The notes under the pieces: generated by a model
Told to the model about the DNA's origin: nothing
The model's input: only the letters and a program-made list of their open reading frames with translations
Database searches by the model: none
Shown: positions 21,508 to 30,812 of the stretch, piece by piece
Numbering within the stretch: the first letter of the stretch is position 1
Layout: every line of letters starts with the position of its first letter
Assembly (NCBI GenBank): GCA_003507395.1
Contig: DNVW01000013.1
Location: forward strand, 47,696-111,695
Reading direction: 5' to 3'
DNA length: 64,000 nucleotides
Source: Clostridiales bacterium
GTDB lineage: Bacteria > Bacillota > Clostridia > TANB77 > CAG-508
Program-made: the position numbers and the translations under genes

Positions 21508-22992
21508 ATGATGTCGTATTGGTTAGAAAGCACAAAAGATAACAGAAAAGAATTTGACAAATTAGAAAAAGACATAAATACAGATGTATGTATAATAGGA
21601 GGGGGACTTACAGGTTTAACAACAGCATATTATTTAAAAAATAGTGGCTTAAATGTAGTACTTTTGGAAAAAGATAAGTTGTGTAATCACACAAGTGGTA
21701 ATACAACAGCTAAAATTACAAGTCAGCATCACTTATTCTACAAATATTTAGTAGATTTAAAAGGAAAAGAATTTGCAAAACAATATTTGAAGGCAAATGA
21801 AGAAGCAATAAAAAATATAGAAACAATTATAAAAGAAGAAAATATACAATGTGATTTTGAATATCAAGACTCATATGTATTTACTCAAAAGTTAGATGAA
21901 ATATCCAAAATAAAAGATGAAATAGAAGCACTTAAGTCAATAGGTTTTGATAGTGAATTTGTAGAACAAATAGAACTACCTATAAAGATATTGGGAGCTA
22001 TAAAATTTAAGAAACAAGCACAATTTCATCCTTTAAAATATGCAATAGGGTTAGTTAATGCAATGCCAAATATCAATATATATGAAAATACAAAAGTAGT
22101 AGACTTAAAAAAAGAAGAAGAAAGATATATTGTAATAACAGAAAAAAACTATAAAATAAATTGTAAACAGGTTGTTATTGCAACACATTATCCTATAATA
22201 AATGTACCAGGATATTATTTCTTAAAAATGTACCAGTCAATGTCATATTTGATTGCAATAAAAACAAATGAAAAAAGTTTTAATGGTATGTATATAAATA
22301 GCGAAGAACCAACAATCTCGTTTAGAAGACAAGATGATTTAATTCTAATTGGTGGAAATGACCATAAGACGGGGGCTAAAATTGATTTATCCAATGCATA
22401 CAAATTTTTAGAAGATATTGCAAAAAATATGTATCCAGACTGTGAAATTAAGTATAGATGGCATACAGAAGATTGCATTTCTCTGGACAAAATACCATAT
22501 ATAGGTAAATTTTCATCAATAATGCCAAATGTATATGTAGGAACTGGGTACAAAAAGTGGGGAATGACTTTTTCAAATATCGCAGGAAAAATAATATCTG
22601 ATATGATATTAGAAAAAACAAATAAATATCAAGAAATTTTTAAAGCAACACGAATAGAGCCAATAAAAAATATAAAAGAAGTAGAAAATATGCTGAAAGA
22701 AACAACACATTCACTTTTATTAAATAAGTTAGATATACCAAAAGCAACAATAGAAGACATTAAAAATGATGAGGGGAAAATAGTAGAAGCAGATGGAAAT
22801 AAAGTAGGAATATACAAAGATAAGGATGGAAATTTATTTGCCATTAAACCTGTTTGTACACACTTAGGATGTGAATTATCTTGGAATAATTTAGCTAAAA
22901 CGTGGGATTGCCCATGCCATGGTTCAAGATTTACTTATACAGGAGAATCAATTTATGAACCAAGTATAAAAAATTTAAAATTAATAAACTAA
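21508..22992 (+). CDS. FAD-dependent oxidoreductase fused to a C-terminal Rieske [2Fe-2S] domain (YhfW-like)
   Basis: GGGLTG dinucleotide-binding motif and CTHLGC...CPCHGS Rieske motif. Start moved to ATG 21508 to give proper spacing from the AAGGAG SD. Confidence 0.7.
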   Translation: MMSYWLESTKDNRKEFDKLEKDINTDVCIIGGGLTGLTTAYYLKNSGLNVVLLEKDKLCNHTSGNTTAKITSQHHLFYKYLVDLKGKEFAKQYLKANEEAIKNIETIIKEENIQCDFEYQDSYVFTQKLDEISKIKDEIEALKSIGFDSEFVEQIELPIKILGAIKFKKQAQFHPLKYAIGLVNAMPNINIYENTKVVDLKKEEERYIVITEKNYKINCKQVVIATHYPIINVPGYYFLKMYQSMSYLIAIKTNEKSFNGMYINSEEPTISFRRQDDLILIGGNDHKTGAKIDLSNAYKFLEDIAKNMYPDCEIKYRWHTEDCISLDKIPYIGKFSSIMPNVYVGTGYKKWGMTFSNIAGKIISDMILEKTNKYQEIFKATRIEPIKNIKEVENMLKETTHSLLLNKLDIPKATIEDIKNDEGKIVEADGNKVGIYKDKDGNLFAIKPVCTHLGCELSWNNLAKTWDCPCHGSRFTYTGESIYEPSIKNLKLIN

Positions 22993-23108
22993 AAAATGTC
23001 ATATTTAGTGTACAAGCCACATATAATATAGTATTGAAAAAATAATAAAAATAGACAAAATATATAAAAGGCATAGCTAAGCACTTTTGACAGAATCAGC
23101 AAAATTTG

Positions 23109-23138
23109 ACATATATTCTAAAAAATGGTATAATATAA
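23109..23138 (+). promoter_or_regulatory. sigma-A-like promoter (TTGACA-17-TATAAT)
   Basis: Perfect consensus. It lies inside the 5' extension of the track ORF, so the real start is downstream. Confidence 0.55.
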
Positions 23139-23170
23139 TTGTTGCTTTTAAAGGAGGGAACAAATTTCTT

Positions 23171-24175
23171 ATGAAAAATGATGAAAAAGCGTCAATATCG
23201 CTGAAAAGAATCATTGCCATAAGCATAATATTTTTATTTTTAACAGGTATAGCTGTAGTAGCAGGAAATGTAAAACTAAATAATGTTAAAATAATATTAT
23301 CAAGTGGTTATGAAATGAATGTATTAACTGCAAAAACTAAAGTTTCAGAAATATTAGACGAAAACCATATTATAATATTAGAAGATGAAAAAGTAATTCC
23401 AGATTTAGAAGAAGAGCTTTCATCAAATAATACTATAAAAATATTTAAAAATACAGATGAAGAAATAGAAATAGCTACGGAAATCGAAAGTTCAGCAAAT
23501 GTTAAAACAGAAGACCTACTAAAGAATTATGAACAGATAGTAGAAAAAATAGTTACAGAAGAAGTAAAAATACCATATGAAACAATTACTAAAGATGTAT
23601 CAACAGGTTCTAGTGCAAAACAAGATAAAATAATACAGTATGGTGTTGATGGATTAAAAAGAGTAACATATAAAATAAAATATCAAAACAATATAGAGAT
23701 AGAGAAAACAGAAATTTCTAGCGAGATTATTAAAGAACCTATAGACAAAATAGTTGAGATTAGAACTAAACAAATAACTTCAAGAAGTTCAACCTTTAGA
23801 GAAGCATCTACAAACCCAGCTTTAACAGCTTCTACAACATTAGCAAAAAGAGTAGAAGGGATAACGCCTAAAGTTGCAACGTTCAATACTTCTGCATATT
23901 GCCCATGTATGAGTTGTTGTGGTAAAACAAATGGTATAACAGCATCTGGAGCACCTGCATCAGAATGGTACACATTAGCAGCAGGTTCAGTATATCCAAT
24001 AGGAACAGTTATATATATACCATATTTTAAAGATAAACCAAATGGTGGTTGGTTCGTAGTTCAAGATAGAGGTGGAGCAATTTCAAGTGATAGATTAGAC
24101 ATTTTCTATGATTCACACAGTGCAGCATTACAATTTGGTAGAAGATATTTAGAATGTTACGTATATGAGTTTTAA
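23171..24175 (+). CDS. YabE-like cell-wall-associated protein (TM anchor, G5-like region, C-terminal 3D domain)
   Basis: The C-terminal region (DRGGAI...DIFYDSH...) is 3D-domain-like. Start at MKNDEKAS after SD AAAGGAGGG. Confidence 0.65.
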   Translation: MKNDEKASISLKRIIAISIIFLFLTGIAVVAGNVKLNNVKIILSSGYEMNVLTAKTKVSEILDENHIIILEDEKVIPDLEEELSSNNTIKIFKNTDEEIEIATEIESSANVKTEDLLKNYEQIVEKIVTEEVKIPYETITKDVSTGSSAKQDKIIQYGVDGLKRVTYKIKYQNNIEIEKTEISSEIIKEPIDKIVEIRTKQITSRSSTFREASTNPALTASTTLAKRVEGITPKVATFNTSAYCPCMSCCGKTNGITASGAPASEWYTLAAGSVYPIGTVIYIPYFKDKPNGGWFVVQDRGGAISSDRLDIFYDSHSAALQFGRRYLECYVYEF

Positions 24176-24179
24176 AAAA

Positions 24180-24210
24180 GGCACTTGCATATAAGTGCCT
24201 TTTTTGATAT
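24180..24210 (+). terminator. Intrinsic terminator (AAAAAAGGCACTTGCATATAAGTGCCTTTTTTG)
   Basis: Hairpin plus T-run after the yabE-like gene. Confidence 0.65.
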
Positions 24211-24247
24211 TATAATACAAGTTAAAATAGAAATGGAATGAGAAAAT

Positions 24248-25015
24248 ATGAAACTAATATCTTGGAATGTTAATGGATTAAGAGCAAATATAACAAAAGG
24301 ATTTGAAAAATTTTTTAAAGAAGTAGATGCAGATATTTTTTGCATACAAGAAACGAAAATGCAAGAAGAACAGATAGATATAACCATTCAAGAATTATTT
24401 AAAAGTTATAATCAATATTGGAATAGCGCTGTAAAAAAAGGATATTCAGGTACTGCAATCTTTAGTAAAAAAAAGCCAATAAAAGTTACATATGGAATTG
24501 GAATAGAAGAACATGACAAAGAAGGAAGAATTATAACACTTGAATTTGAGGAATTTTTTATTGTAAATTGCTATACTCCAAATTCAAAACGAGAATTAGA
24601 AAGATTAGATTATAGAATGACTTGGGAGGATGAAATACGCAAATATCTATTAAAACTAGATAAAATAAAGCCTGTAATATATTGTGGAGATTTAAATGTA
24701 GCACATAAAGAAATTGATTTAAAAAATCCAAAAACAAATAGAAGAAATGCAGGTTTTACAGATGAAGAAAGAGGTAAAATGACAGAATTGTTAGAAGCAG
24801 GATTTACAGATACTTTTAGATATTTATATCCAGATAAAGAAAATGCTTATTCTTGGTGGTCATATATGGCAAAAGCAAGGGAAAAAAATATAGGTTGGAG
24901 AATAGACTATTTTATAGTATCCAAATCTATCGAAAATAAAATAGAAGATTCGATAATATATTCGGAAGTTATGGGAAGTGATCATTGCCCAGTAGGATTA
25001 AAAATTAAAATATGA
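24248..25015 (+). CDS. xth: Exodeoxyribonuclease III
   Basis: MKLISWNVNGLRA and EEP-fold motifs; 255 aa. Confidence 0.88.
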   Translation: MKLISWNVNGLRANITKGFEKFFKEVDADIFCIQETKMQEEQIDITIQELFKSYNQYWNSAVKKGYSGTAIFSKKKPIKVTYGIGIEEHDKEGRIITLEFEEFFIVNCYTPNSKRELERLDYRMTWEDEIRKYLLKLDKIKPVIYCGDLNVAHKEIDLKNPKTNRRNAGFTDEERGKMTELLEAGFTDTFRYLYPDKENAYSWWSYMAKAREKNIGWRIDYFIVSKSIENKIEDSIIYSEVMGSDHCPVGLKIKI

Positions 25016-25028
25016 AAGGATAAAAAAT

Positions 25029-26150
25029 ATGGAAGGGAAAAAGCGTACATTAACTAAATGGCTTTATTGGTTTGTATTTGCTGTTGCAGTAATACTGGTA
25101 TACAAAACAGTAGATAATTTAGGAGAAATATCTATATGGTTTAAAAAGCTGTTTTCAATTTTAATGCCGTTTGTAATAGGGATTTTAATAGCATATTTAT
25201 TTTATATTCCGGCAAGAAATCTTGAAAAAACTTATTCAAGAATTAAAAATAAATTTATAAAAAAAAGAGCCAGGGGAATAGCTATATTTACTATATATAT
25301 AATAGCAATGATTGTAATTGTACTGATAATAAATTTTATAGTGCCTACAATAATAGAAAGCATAAAAGATTTAATAAGTAATTTTCAAACTTATTACAAT
25401 GAAACAATAACTGTATTAAACAATTTACCAGAAGACTCATTCTTAAAAAATGAAATAATATATAAATTAGCAGAACAAATAAAAAATATAGATATAGAAA
25501 AATACTTTAATTTCGAACAATTAGCACAATATGCTAAAGGTGCAATTAATATAGTTACCAGTATATTTGATATTTTTGTTTCAGTTATTGTATCTGTATA
25601 CATACTTTTGGAAAGAGATCAAATAATAAGATTTTTAAAAAGTTTAACAAAAAGACTATTTAAAGAAAGAACCTACAACAATATTGTGAATTATTTTGAC
25701 CAAACAAACAATATATTTTTTCATTTTATATCAAGCCAATTATTAGATGGAATAATTGTAGGCATAATAACTTCTATTGCAATGCAAATAATGGGAGTAA
25801 AATATGCAATATTGCTAGGATTTATGATAGGATTATTCAATTTAATACCATATTTTGGAGCAATAATAGCTGTAATAATAGCAGCAATAATTACAATATT
25901 TACAGGTGGATTTAATCAAGCTATATGGATGGTAATAGTAGTGACAATTTTACAACAAATAGATGCAAATATAATAAATCCAAAAATAACAGGAAATTCA
26001 CTAAAAATAAGTCCACTGCTAGTAATTTTTGCAGTAACTGTAGGTGGAGCATACTTTGGAGTACTAGGAATGTTTTTAGCAGTTCCAATAATAGCCGTTT
26101 TAAAGCTATTAATAGAAGACTATATAAAAAGTGGTGAAAAGCAAATATAA
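25029..26150 (+). CDS. AI-2E-family (UPF0118) transporter
   Basis: 373 aa polytopic membrane protein with an AI-2E-like pattern. Confidence 0.65.
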   Translation: MEGKKRTLTKWLYWFVFAVAVILVYKTVDNLGEISIWFKKLFSILMPFVIGILIAYLFYIPARNLEKTYSRIKNKFIKKRARGIAIFTIYIIAMIVIVLIINFIVPTIIESIKDLISNFQTYYNETITVLNNLPEDSFLKNEIIYKLAEQIKNIDIEKYFNFEQLAQYAKGAINIVTSIFDIFVSVIVSVYILLERDQIIRFLKSLTKRLFKERTYNNIVNYFDQTNNIFFHFISSQLLDGIIVGIITSIAMQIMGVKYAILLGFMIGLFNLIPYFGAIIAVIIAAIITIFTGGFNQAIWMVIVVTILQQIDANIINPKITGNSLKISPLLVIFAVTVGGAYFGVLGMFLAVPIIAVLKLLIEDYIKSGEKQI

Positions 26151-26211
26151 ATATATACATAAAAATCGGCATTAGTGTAAAAGGAAGGCTTAGTTATAAG
26201 CCTTACCGAAA

Positions 26212-26240
26212 TATTGACAAAAGCGCGAAATAAGTGTAAA
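26212..26240 (+). promoter_or_regulatory. sigma-A-like promoter (TTGACA-17-TAAAAT) for gdpP
   Basis: Seen directly; a hairpin (AAGGCTTA/TAAGCCTT) lies just upstream. Confidence 0.45.
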
Positions 26241-26265
26241 ATTAATAGGTAATTAGGAGGAATTT

Positions 26266-28263
26266 ATGCCGAGCAATAAAAAAATATTTGATAAACTAAT
26301 ATCACGCGTAAAAATATATTTGGTAATTATAGCCATACTTTTGACAATTATTTGTATAAATAATGTTAATTTTATAATGCCATCGATTTTATTTTACGCT
26401 TTAATAGTAGGATATGCTTATTGGAGTAATCAAAAAAGAAAGGAAGAACTTTCTGAGCATATAGAGCACTTAACTTTTAGTGTAGATAAAGCAGCAAAAG
26501 GAACACTAATAAATTCTCCTTTTCCATTGATAATATTAGAAACAAATGGAAATGTTATTTTAAAGAATGAAAAATTTTCTAAAGAATTCATCAATATAGA
26601 TATTAATAATTACTTAGAAAATATACTTAAAGAACTTAAACAAGAAATAGAAAATGGGGAATTAGAAGAAAATAGAAATATATGCAAAGAAGTACTAATT
26701 GGAAATAAAACATATAAATTATTAGGAGAGTATATAGAACTAAAAAATAAACAACAAATGATTACATTATATTTTGTTGATAATACAGAGTTAGTAAAAA
26801 CAGAAGAAAAATATATTAATTCACAAAATTGTATTGGTATAATGATGATAGACAATTATGAAGAATTAATACAAAGAATAGAAAATGAAGATAAGTCTAC
26901 ACTTACAGCACAAATAGAAAAAAATATATATGAATGGGCATCAAAATTTGAAGGACTAGTAATAAAATCTGAAAGAGATACATATGTATTCATATTTGAG
27001 CAAAAGTATTTAATTGAAATAGAAAATAAAAAATTTAGTATTTTAGATGAAATAAAAGAGCTAGAGTGGGCAAATAAAGTACAATTTACTTTAAGTATAG
27101 CAGTTTCAAATGAGGGTAAGTCAAATTATGAGAAATATAAATCAGCACAAGCTGGATTAGATATTGTTTTAGGACGTGGTGGAGACCAAGCTGTTGTGAG
27201 AGAAAGCGGAAAATATGTATTTTTTGGAGGAAGAGCACAGGAAGTAGAAAAAAGAACTAAAGTAAAAGCAAGAACAGTAGCACATGCACTTAAAGAATTA
27301 ATTTTGGAAGCTGAAAATGTAATGATAATGGGACATTCAAATTCAGATATGGATTGTATTGGCTCTAGTATGGGATTATATAGACTAGCAAGAACATTAG
27401 GAAAAAATACATATATAGTAAACAATTCTTATGGAATCGGATTAGAAAACTTTATTGAAAAAGCAAAAGATGATGAAGAATACAAAAATATAATTATAAA
27501 CAAAAATGAAGCATTATCTAAAATAAATCCAGAAACTTTATTAATTGTTGTAGATACAAGTAAGAAAAATTATGTAGAAGTTCCAGAACTATTAGAAGAA
27601 ACTGAAAAAATAGTAGTAATAGATCATCATAGAAGAAGTACAGAATATATAGAAGATGCAACATTAATGTTTCACGAAGTTTATGCTTCTTCAGCGGCAG
27701 AACTTGTTACAGAAATATTAGAGTATTCACAAGAAGAAATAAAATTAACAGAATTAGAAGCAGAAGCATTATATGCAGGAATTATGATGGATACAAAGAA
27801 CTTTACTTTTAAAACAGGTGTCAGAACATTTGAAGCAGCGGCATATTTAAGAAGATATGGAATAGATACAATAAAAGTAAAAAAATGGTTCCAAAGTGAT
27901 TTAGCAACTTATAATAAAATTTCTAAAATAGTTGAAAAAGCAGAAGTCATAGAAAATTCGATAGCAATTGCTATTTACGAAGAAGAGGATAAAAATGCAA
28001 ATATTATATGTGCAAAGGCGGCAGATGAACTATTAACAATAAGTAATATAGTTGCATCCTTTGTAATTGGAATGATGGGCAACAAAGTGTGCATAAGTGG
28101 ACGTTCTATAGGTGATATAAATGTACAATTAATACTAGAAAAACTTGGTGGTGGAGGGCATATAACCCTAGCGGGAGCACAAGTAGAAGGAATGACAGTA
28201 GAAGAAGTAAAAATAGAATTAATAAATAGAATAAATGAATATTTTACTGAAATATCAAGTTAG
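26266..28263 (+). CDS. gdpP: Cyclic-di-AMP phosphodiesterase GdpP (two TM segments, PAS, degenerate GGDEF, DHH/DHHA1)
   Basis: 665 aa with DHH and GGGH motifs. The gdpP-rplI-dnaB arrangement is conserved across Firmicutes. Confidence 0.85.
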   Translation: MPSNKKIFDKLISRVKIYLVIIAILLTIICINNVNFIMPSILFYALIVGYAYWSNQKRKEELSEHIEHLTFSVDKAAKGTLINSPFPLIILETNGNVILKNEKFSKEFINIDINNYLENILKELKQEIENGELEENRNICKEVLIGNKTYKLLGEYIELKNKQQMITLYFVDNTELVKTEEKYINSQNCIGIMMIDNYEELIQRIENEDKSTLTAQIEKNIYEWASKFEGLVIKSERDTYVFIFEQKYLIEIENKKFSILDEIKELEWANKVQFTLSIAVSNEGKSNYEKYKSAQAGLDIVLGRGGDQAVVRESGKYVFFGGRAQEVEKRTKVKARTVAHALKELILEAENVMIMGHSNSDMDCIGSSMGLYRLARTLGKNTYIVNNSYGIGLENFIEKAKDDEEYKNIIINKNEALSKINPETLLIVVDTSKKNYVEVPELLEETEKIVVIDHHRRSTEYIEDATLMFHEVYASSAAELVTEILEYSQEEIKLTELEAEALYAGIMMDTKNFTFKTGVRTFEAAAYLRRYGIDTIKVKKWFQSDLATYNKISKIVEKAEVIENSIAIAIYEEEDKNANIICAKAADELLTISNIVASFVIGMMGNKVCISGRSIGDINVQLILEKLGGGGHITLAGAQVEGMTVEEVKIELINRINEYFTEISS

Positions 28264-28280
28264 AAAAGTAATTTAAAATA

Positions 28281-28320
28281 AAAAAAGAGGGCAATACTAA
28301 GAGTATTTGCCCTCTTCGAT
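28281..28320. terminator. Bidirectional intrinsic terminator (GAGGGCAA-tactaagagtat-TTGCCCTC flanked by A- and T-runs)
   Basis: 8-bp GC-rich stem between convergent gdpP (+) and the small ORF (-). Confidence 0.65.
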
Positions 28321-28362
28321 TGTGTTTATCCACAATCTCACGTTATTCAACGTTAAAAGTTT

Positions 28363-28533
28363 TTAACCCCTCTTGGTTCCGTCAGACCAAAAGCACTCTC
28401 CAGTGTACCGACAGTATAGACTGCCGTCTGTCAACTCTTCAAGATCGCCGTTATCTTTAGCGTTCTCGACTTCAGTTTCATCAAGGTTGCCATCGTTATC
28501 AACGACATAATCATTGCTGAGTTTCCATGCCAT
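28363..28533 (-). CDS. Small acidic 56-aa protein (MAWKLSNDYVVDNDGNLDETEVENAKDNGDLEELTDGSLYCRYTGECFWSDGTKRG); function unknown, candidate secreted peptide or small regulator
   Basis: SD AAAGGAGGT sits 9 nt before ATG 28533. It has its own promoter and terminator. The track's longer ORF (to 28617) lacks an RBS. Confidence 0.6.
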   Translation of the reverse strand: MAWKLSNDYVVDNDGNLDETEVENAKDNGDLEELTDGSLYCRYTGECFWSDGTKRG

Positions 28534-28621
28534 AGAGAAGTACCTCCTTTCATAAAATATTGATTTTAGAAATGAAAGACTGTTGAATAACGTGTAGTTA
28601 CCAAAATATGTAACCAACTTA

Positions 28622-28650
28622 AGTATACTACATGATTAAAATAAAGTCAA
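28622..28650 (-). promoter_or_regulatory. sigma-A-like promoter on the minus strand (TTGACT-17-TATACT) driving the 56-aa ORF
   Basis: Reverse complement of 28622-28650. The implied TSS gives a 5' UTR of about 80-90 nt. Confidence 0.5.
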
Positions 28651-28802
28651 TATATTTGGTAAAGTAGATAGTATTGTTTTGTAAATTTTATTCTTCAGCA
28701 AAATTATTACAGTTCAGATTTAAAACACTTGAAAAAAAGGCAATTATGATATATTATATAATATGTAAAAATATATAAAAATTTGAAAGGAAGGATAATT
28801 AT

Positions 28803-29249
28803 ATGAAAGTAATTTTATTAGATAATATAAAAGGTGTCGGGAAAAAAGACGAAATTATAAATGCAAGTGATGGTTATGCAAGAAATTATCTATTTCCAAA
28901 GAAATTAGCAGTAGAAGCTACAAAAGAAAACTTAAGTAAATTAGATTCGAAAAATGAAGCAAATAAATTTAAAAAACAAAATGAAAAAAATGAGGCAGAA
29001 GAAATAGCTAAACAGTTAAAAGAAATTACTTTAACAATAAAGGTAAAAGCAGGAGAAAGCGGAAAAATATTTGGAGGAGTAACTTCAAAGGAAATATCAG
29101 AAAATTTGAAAAATCAATATAAAATAGAGGTAGACAAAAAGAAAATAGAAGTAAAAGAAACAATAAAAAATCTGGGTAGATTTAATATAAATATAAAATT
29201 ATATGAAGGGGTAAACGCAAAATTAAATGTAAATATAACAGCAGAATAA
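28803..29249 (+). CDS. rplI: 50S ribosomal protein L9
   Basis: [36 protein letters not shown], 148 aa. Confidence 0.95.
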   Translation: MKVILLDNIKGVGKKDEIINASDGYARNYLFPKKLAVEATKENLSKLDSKNEANKFKKQNEKNEAEEIAKQLKEITLTIKVKAGESGKIFGGVTSKEISENLKNQYKIEVDKKKIEVKETIKNLGRFNINIKLYEGVNAKLNVNITAE

Positions 29250-29348
29250 ATGTAGAACTAGCGCCTTCCGAATAATGAAAATAAGAAAAACAATAAAAAA
29301 TAATTGAAGATAACTAGATTATCGGCAATAGAAAGGAATGGAGAAAAA

Positions 29349-30680
29349 ATGGAACTAGGTAGAATTCCACCACATGATATAGAAGCAGAACAAGCAATTA
29401 TAGGTAGTATGCTAACAGATAAAGATGCGGTAATAGCGGCAATAGAAATATTGCGTGAACAAGATTTTTATAGAGAAGATAATCGCATAATTTATTCTGC
29501 AATACTAAATTTATATAATAGGTCAGAACCAATAGATATTATTACATTAAAAGCAGAACTTAAATCAATGGGAAAATTAGAAGCAGTAGGGGGATTAGAA
29601 TACATAGTTCAATTACCAGATAGAGTTCCTACAACTTCAAATGTAGAGCAATATATTAAAATTGTAGAAGAAAAATCTATGTTAAGAGCTTTAATAAAAA
29701 CAGCAGATGAATTAATAACATTAGGATATGACCCAACACAAGAAGTTGAACAAGTAATAGATACGGCAGAAAAGAAAATATTTGAAGTAATGCAAAAAAA
29801 GAATCAAAAGGGATATTCATCAATGAAAGACATTTTAATAGATACATTTACGCAACTAGAACAATTATATAACCAAAAAGAAATGATTACAGGTGTACCA
29901 ACAGGTTTTGCAGATTTAGATTATAGGACATCAGGACTTCACAATTCAGACTTGATTTTAGTAGCAGCAAGACCAGCAATGGGAAAATCTGCTTTTGCAT
30001 TAAATATAGCAACACATGCAGCCGTAAGAGGAAAAGTACCTGTTGCAATATTTAGTTTAGAAATGTCTAAAGAGCAAATGGCTAACAGAATATTATGTAG
30101 TGAGGCAATGGTAGATAGTGCGAAAGTAAGAACAGGTAAAATAGATGATGAAGAATGGGGAAAACTAGCAGCTGCATCAGGAGAGCTTTCAGAAGCAGGA
30201 ATTTATATAGATGACACACCGGGAATTTCTGTAATGGAAATAAGAGCAAAATGCAGAAAAATGAAATTGGAAAAAAATATAGGATTAGTTGTAATAGACT
30301 ATTTGCAACTCGTTCAAGGAAGTAATAGAAAAGGAGGAAGCCGTGAACAAGAAATTGCAGAAATAAGTAGGTCACTAAAAATACTAGCAAAAGAAATCAA
30401 TGTTCCTGTAATAGCATTATCACAATTATCGCGTGCACCTGAGCAAAGAGTTGACCATAGGCCAATGCTTTCAGACCTTCGTGAATCAGGTTCAATAGAA
30501 CAAGATGCTGACATAGTAATGTTTTTATATAGAGACGATTATTATAATGAAGATACAGACAAGAAAAATATAGCAGAAGTCATAATAGCAAAACATAGAT
30601 CAGGAGCAACAGGAACAGTAGAATTATTATGGCTTGGAAACTACACAAAATTTGCAAACATAGACAGATATAGGGAATAA
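29349..30680 (+). CDS. dnaB: Replicative DNA helicase DnaB
   Basis: Walker A GKSAF, 444 aa. ATG 29349 with a GGAG SD is preferred over the TTG 29304 in the track. Confidence 0.93.
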   Translation: MELGRIPPHDIEAEQAIIGSMLTDKDAVIAAIEILREQDFYREDNRIIYSAILNLYNRSEPIDIITLKAELKSMGKLEAVGGLEYIVQLPDRVPTTSNVEQYIKIVEEKSMLRALIKTADELITLGYDPTQEVEQVIDTAEKKIFEVMQKKNQKGYSSMKDILIDTFTQLEQLYNQKEMITGVPTGFADLDYRTSGLHNSDLILVAARPAMGKSAFALNIATHAAVRGKVPVAIFSLEMSKEQMANRILCSEAMVDSAKVRTGKIDDEEWGKLAAASGELSEAGIYIDDTPGISVMEIRAKCRKMKLEKNIGLVVIDYLQLVQGSNRKGGSREQEIAEISRSLKILAKEINVPVIALSQLSRAPEQRVDHRPMLSDLRESGSIEQDADIVMFLYRDDYYNEDTDKKNIAEVIIAKHRSGATGTVELLWLGNYTKFANIDRYRE

Positions 30681-30805
30681 GTTGTCACAATGGGGACGTT
30701 CCTTTTTGTGACAAAATGACACTTTGGGGACACACCTTATTGCAAAGGACTGTCCCAAAGTGTGCAAACGGGACAATTAGGGACTGTCCCTAATTGGGTA
30801 GAAAG
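30681..30805. repeat. GC-rich palindromic element, copy A
   Basis: Composite of TTGTCACAA...TTGTGACAA, GGACTGTCCC and the perfect palindrome AATTAGGGAC-t-GTCCCTAATT. It fills the entire dnaB-tilS spacer. Confidence 0.7.
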
Positions 30806-30812
30806 GAAATAT

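Noticed and set aside
23087-23170. 5' extension of the yabE-like ORF (MTESAKFDIYSKKWYNIIVAFKGGNKFL)
   Set aside because: The extension contains the perfect TTGACA-17-TATAAT promoter and the SD for the downstream ATG at 23171, so it is untranslated leader.
30681-30713. TTGTCACAA...TTGTGACAA as a Rex (TTGTGAA-N4-TTCACAA) operator
   Set aside because: The half-sites are 15 nt apart rather than about 4 nt, which is inconsistent with Rex dimer binding. More likely part of the repeat element.
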